Source: an uncultured Acidobacteriota bacterium
GTDB taxonomy: Bacteria > Acidobacteriota > Polarisedimenticolia > Polarisedimenticolales > JAIQFR01
Length of the DNA stretch: 43,954 nucleotides
Assembly (NCBI GenBank): GCA_964590285.1
Contig: CAZPWK010000001.1
Span: 1-43,954 of the forward strand
Direction: 5' to 3'
Shown piece by piece: positions 42,073 through 43,954 of this stretch. The notes below the pieces were generated by a model. That model saw only the letters and a program-made list of their open reading frames with translations. It was not told where the DNA came from and did no database searches. The position numbers and the translations under genes are program-made. Within the stretch, counting starts at the first letter, position 1; each line of letters starts with the position of its first letter.

Positions 42073-42465
42073 CTACGCCGCCGGGACCCCCTTGAAGCCG
42101 TAGCAGAGGATCCCGCCGTGGCCTTCCTGGCTGATCTTCCGGAACATCAGGCGGACGTCCATCCCGGGGACGACGGTCGCCGGGTCGCAGTCCACGACCT
42201 GCGCCATGAGCCGCGCCCCCTCGGGGGTCTCGATCACGGCGACCGCGTACGGGGCCTGCTGCGCGAAGTCGGTCGGCGCGACCACGACGGACGTGGACGT
42301 GACGACCTTCCCCCGCCAGGAGAGCGTCGTCGGCTCGAAGTCGCCCTTGCGGCAGGCCGGGCAGATCCTGCGCGCCGGGAAGACCACCTTGCCGCAGCCG
42401 CGGCACCTGGCGGCCTCGAGGCGGAACCGGTTCGGGACCTCTCGCCAGTATCTCGGGCTCGGCAT
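42073..42465 (-). CDS. DUF35-family Zn-ribbon/OB-fold protein (thiolase / HMG-CoA synthase scaffold type)
   Basis: This is the last 130 codons of ORF 42073..43377. ATG 42465 lies 2 nt after the thiolase stop. The rubredoxin-like ribbon is CRGCGKVVFPARRICPACR. An OB-fold region follows (YAVAVIETPEGARLMAQVVD). Confidence 0.8.
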   Translation of the reverse strand: MPSPRYWREVPNRFRLEAARCRGCGKVVFPARRICPACRKGDFEPTTLSWRGKVVTSTSVVVAPTDFAQQAPYAVAVIETPEGARLMAQVVDCDPATVVPGMDVRLMFRKISQEGHGGILCYGFKGVPAA

Positions 42466-42467
42466 GG

Positions 42468-43616
42468 TCAGACCCTCTCGAGGATGTGGACGACGGAGCT
42501 CGCCCCGGAGCCGCCCATGTTCTGCGCGAGGCCGATCCGCGCGTTCTTCACCTGGCGCTCGCCGGCCTCGCCGCGGAGCTGCTCGAAGATCTCGATCGCC
42601 TGCGCGATCCCGGTGGCGCCGACCGGGTGCCCCTTCGACTTCAGGCCGCCGCTCGTGTTCACCGGGACCTTCCCGCCGAGCGCCGTCAGCCCCTCGCGCG
42701 CGGCGTGGCGGCCCTTGCCGACCTCGACGAGACCGAGCGCCTCGATGCAGCAGATCTCGGCGATCGCGAAGCAGTCGTGCACCTCGACGACGTGGACGTC
42801 CGAGGGCTTGAGGCCCGCAGCCTTGTAGGCCCGGTCGGCCGAGAGCTTGACGGCGTCGAGGAACGACGGGTCCTTCCGGTCCGCGAGGGCCATCGTGCTC
42901 GTCGCGAGGGCGCTCGCGCGGATCCTGACCGGGCGGTCGGTGTACTTCTTCGCCTGGTCGAGAGGGCACAGGAGCACCGCCGCGGCGCCGTCGCTGACCG
43001 GCGAGCACTGGAGGAGCCGGAGCGGGTCGGCGACCATCGAGGACCCGAGGACCTCGGCGACCGTCACCTCGCGCCGGAACTGGGCCTTCGGGTTCAGCGC
43101 CCCGTGCTTGTGATTCTTGACCGAGACCCACGCCATGTCCTCGTCGGTCGTCCCGTGGGCCTTCGCGTGCGCCCGGGCGATCATCGCGTAGAGGCCCGGG
43201 AACGTGATGCCGTGGTACGCCTCGAGCTCCTGGTCGGCCGCGGTCGCGAGGACCGCGGTCGCGTCGGCGCCGTCGGTCATCTTCTCGACGCCCGCCGCCA
43301 GGACCAGGTCGCTCGCCCCCGAGGCGACCTCGAAGAACGCCGACCGGAGCGCGGCCCCGCCCGAGGCGCACGCGCACTCGACGCGCACCGAGGCGACCCC
43401 CGCCATCCCGAGATGGTCGGCCATCAGCGGCCCCAGGTGCTCCTGCCCGACGAACTGGCCGGCGGCCATGTTGCCGACGTAGATCGAGTCCAGGCGGTCG
43501 GCCTTGGCCGAAGCCAGGGCCTCGGACGCGGCCTCGGCGAACAGGTCCCGAAGGCTCGACTCCCAGAGCTCGCCGAACCGGGTCATGCCCGCCGCGACGA
43601 TGGCTACCTCGCGCAT
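42468..43616 (-). CDS. Thiolase (archaeal-type acetyl-CoA acetyltransferase)
   Basis: Part of ORF 42468..43631. I prefer ATG 43616, which follows GAGGAGGGAGAGC. Motifs seen: [24 protein letters not shown] (active Cys), [27 protein letters not shown]. Confidence 0.85.
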   Translation of the reverse strand: MREVAIVAAGMTRFGELWESSLRDLFAEAASEALASAKADRLDSIYVGNMAAGQFVGQEHLGPLMADHLGMAGVASVRVECACASGGAALRSAFFEVASGASDLVLAAGVEKMTDGADATAVLATAADQELEAYHGITFPGLYAMIARAHAKAHGTTDEDMAWVSVKNHKHGALNPKAQFRREVTVAEVLGSSMVADPLRLLQCSPVSDGAAAVLLCPLDQAKKYTDRPVRIRASALATSTMALADRKDPSFLDAVKLSADRAYKAAGLKPSDVHVVEVHDCFAIAEICCIEALGLVEVGKGRHAAREGLTALGGKVPVNTSGGLKSKGHPVGATGIAQAIEIFEQLRGEAGERQVKNARIGLAQNMGGSGASSVVHILERV

Positions 43617-43627
43617 GCTCTCCCTCC

Positions 43628-43954
43628 TCACCGCTCGGAGCCGAGGATGATCTTTCCCCGGAACTTGGCGTACTCGCCGTACGTCAGGTAATGCCTCGGC
43701 CCGTCGAGCATCGAGCGCACCGTCGGCGCGAGGCCGCGGCGCTCGGGCAGGGCCTTCGTCGCCTGGAGAACGAACGAGTCCGACCCGGCGCCCGAGCCGA
43801 ACGACGTGATCAGGATCTTGTCGCCCGGCGAGGCGACGTCGAGGATCGCCGCGAGCCCGGTCGGCGACGAGCCGGAATAGGTGTTTCCCATCGTGTTGAC
43901 GATCCAGCCGGTCTCGGTCTGCTCCTTCTTGAACCCGAGCTCCTTCGCCGCCTG
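43628..43954 (-). CDS. Hydroxymethylglutaryl-CoA synthase, C-terminal fragment (the N-terminus lies beyond the window end)
   Basis: The reading frame of ORF 43628..43891 stays open to base 43954. It reads ...[64 protein letters not shown], which matches the C-terminal block of archaeal-type HMGS. The stop overlaps the thiolase Shine-Dalgarno. Confidence 0.7.
   Translation of the reverse strand, partial: QAAKELGFKKEQTETGWIVNTMGNTYSGSSPTGLAAILDVASPGDKILITSFGSGAGSDSFVLQATKALPERRGLAPTVRSMLDGPRHYLTYGEYAKFRGKIILGSER

Noticed and set aside
1-43954. CRISPR arrays, rRNA/tRNA genes, and long tandem or interspersed repeats.
   Set aside because: Reading all intergenic spacers (the longest are about 330, 250, 236 and 179 nt) showed no regularly spaced repeats and no cloverleaf-compatible sequences. 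Repeats inside coding regions could have escaped inspection by eye.

Overview
This is a 44-kb, very GC-rich bacterial chromosomal segment. Hand counts of typical 60-nt lines give about 70-80% G+C, and almost every third codon position is G/C. It is gene-dense on both strands. The lineage cannot be named from sequence alone. An uncultured high-GC Gram-negative such as Acidobacteriota or Myxococcota would fit the gene content, but that is only a guess.

The GC bias fills the six-frame track with long Arg/Pro/Gly-rich artefact ORFs. I accepted 35 protein genes on the basis of family motifs, normal amino-acid composition, Shine-Dalgarno spacing and stop/start coupling. One of them is missing from the track because it runs off the window start.

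Gene content by theme:
- DNA metabolism and repair: rmuC, class II RNR nrdJ with an NrdR box, xseA/xseB, an AAG-type glycosylase, addB/addA.
- tRNA modification: a TrmJ-like methyltransferase, queG, a Dus-family synthase.
- Fe-S and small-molecule housekeeping: ferredoxin, cysteine desulfurase, NUDIX hydrolase, HAD hydrolase.
- Signalling: a PilZ protein and a soluble Hanks-type kinase.
- Exported proteins: a membrane-fusion adaptor, two transglutaminase-like proteins plus a small partner, a DUF4097 protein, an S9 peptidase, a metzincin, and lipoproteins.
- A tight MgtC-like / alpha-beta hydrolase / DUF4301 / DRG-like GTPase operon.
- A DUF4143 AAA ATPase.
- An archaeal-type HMG-CoA synthase / thiolase / DUF35 cluster at the right edge.

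I saw no rRNA, tRNA, CRISPR array, transposase, integrase or phage gene.

Nothing here is a clear-cut new system. The best candidates for follow-up are:
1. An ExoVII large subunit with an N-terminal HARP-like module.
2. A secreted three-gene operon that pairs an intact transglutaminase-like protease with a catalytically dead paralogue.
3. The four-gene operon ending in a DRG-type GTPase with non-canonical G3/G4 motifs.
4. A lower-GC secreted-protein gene translationally coupled to addBA.
5. The archaeal-type mevalonate entry module.

All family assignments come from motif recognition by eye and need HMM or BLAST confirmation.
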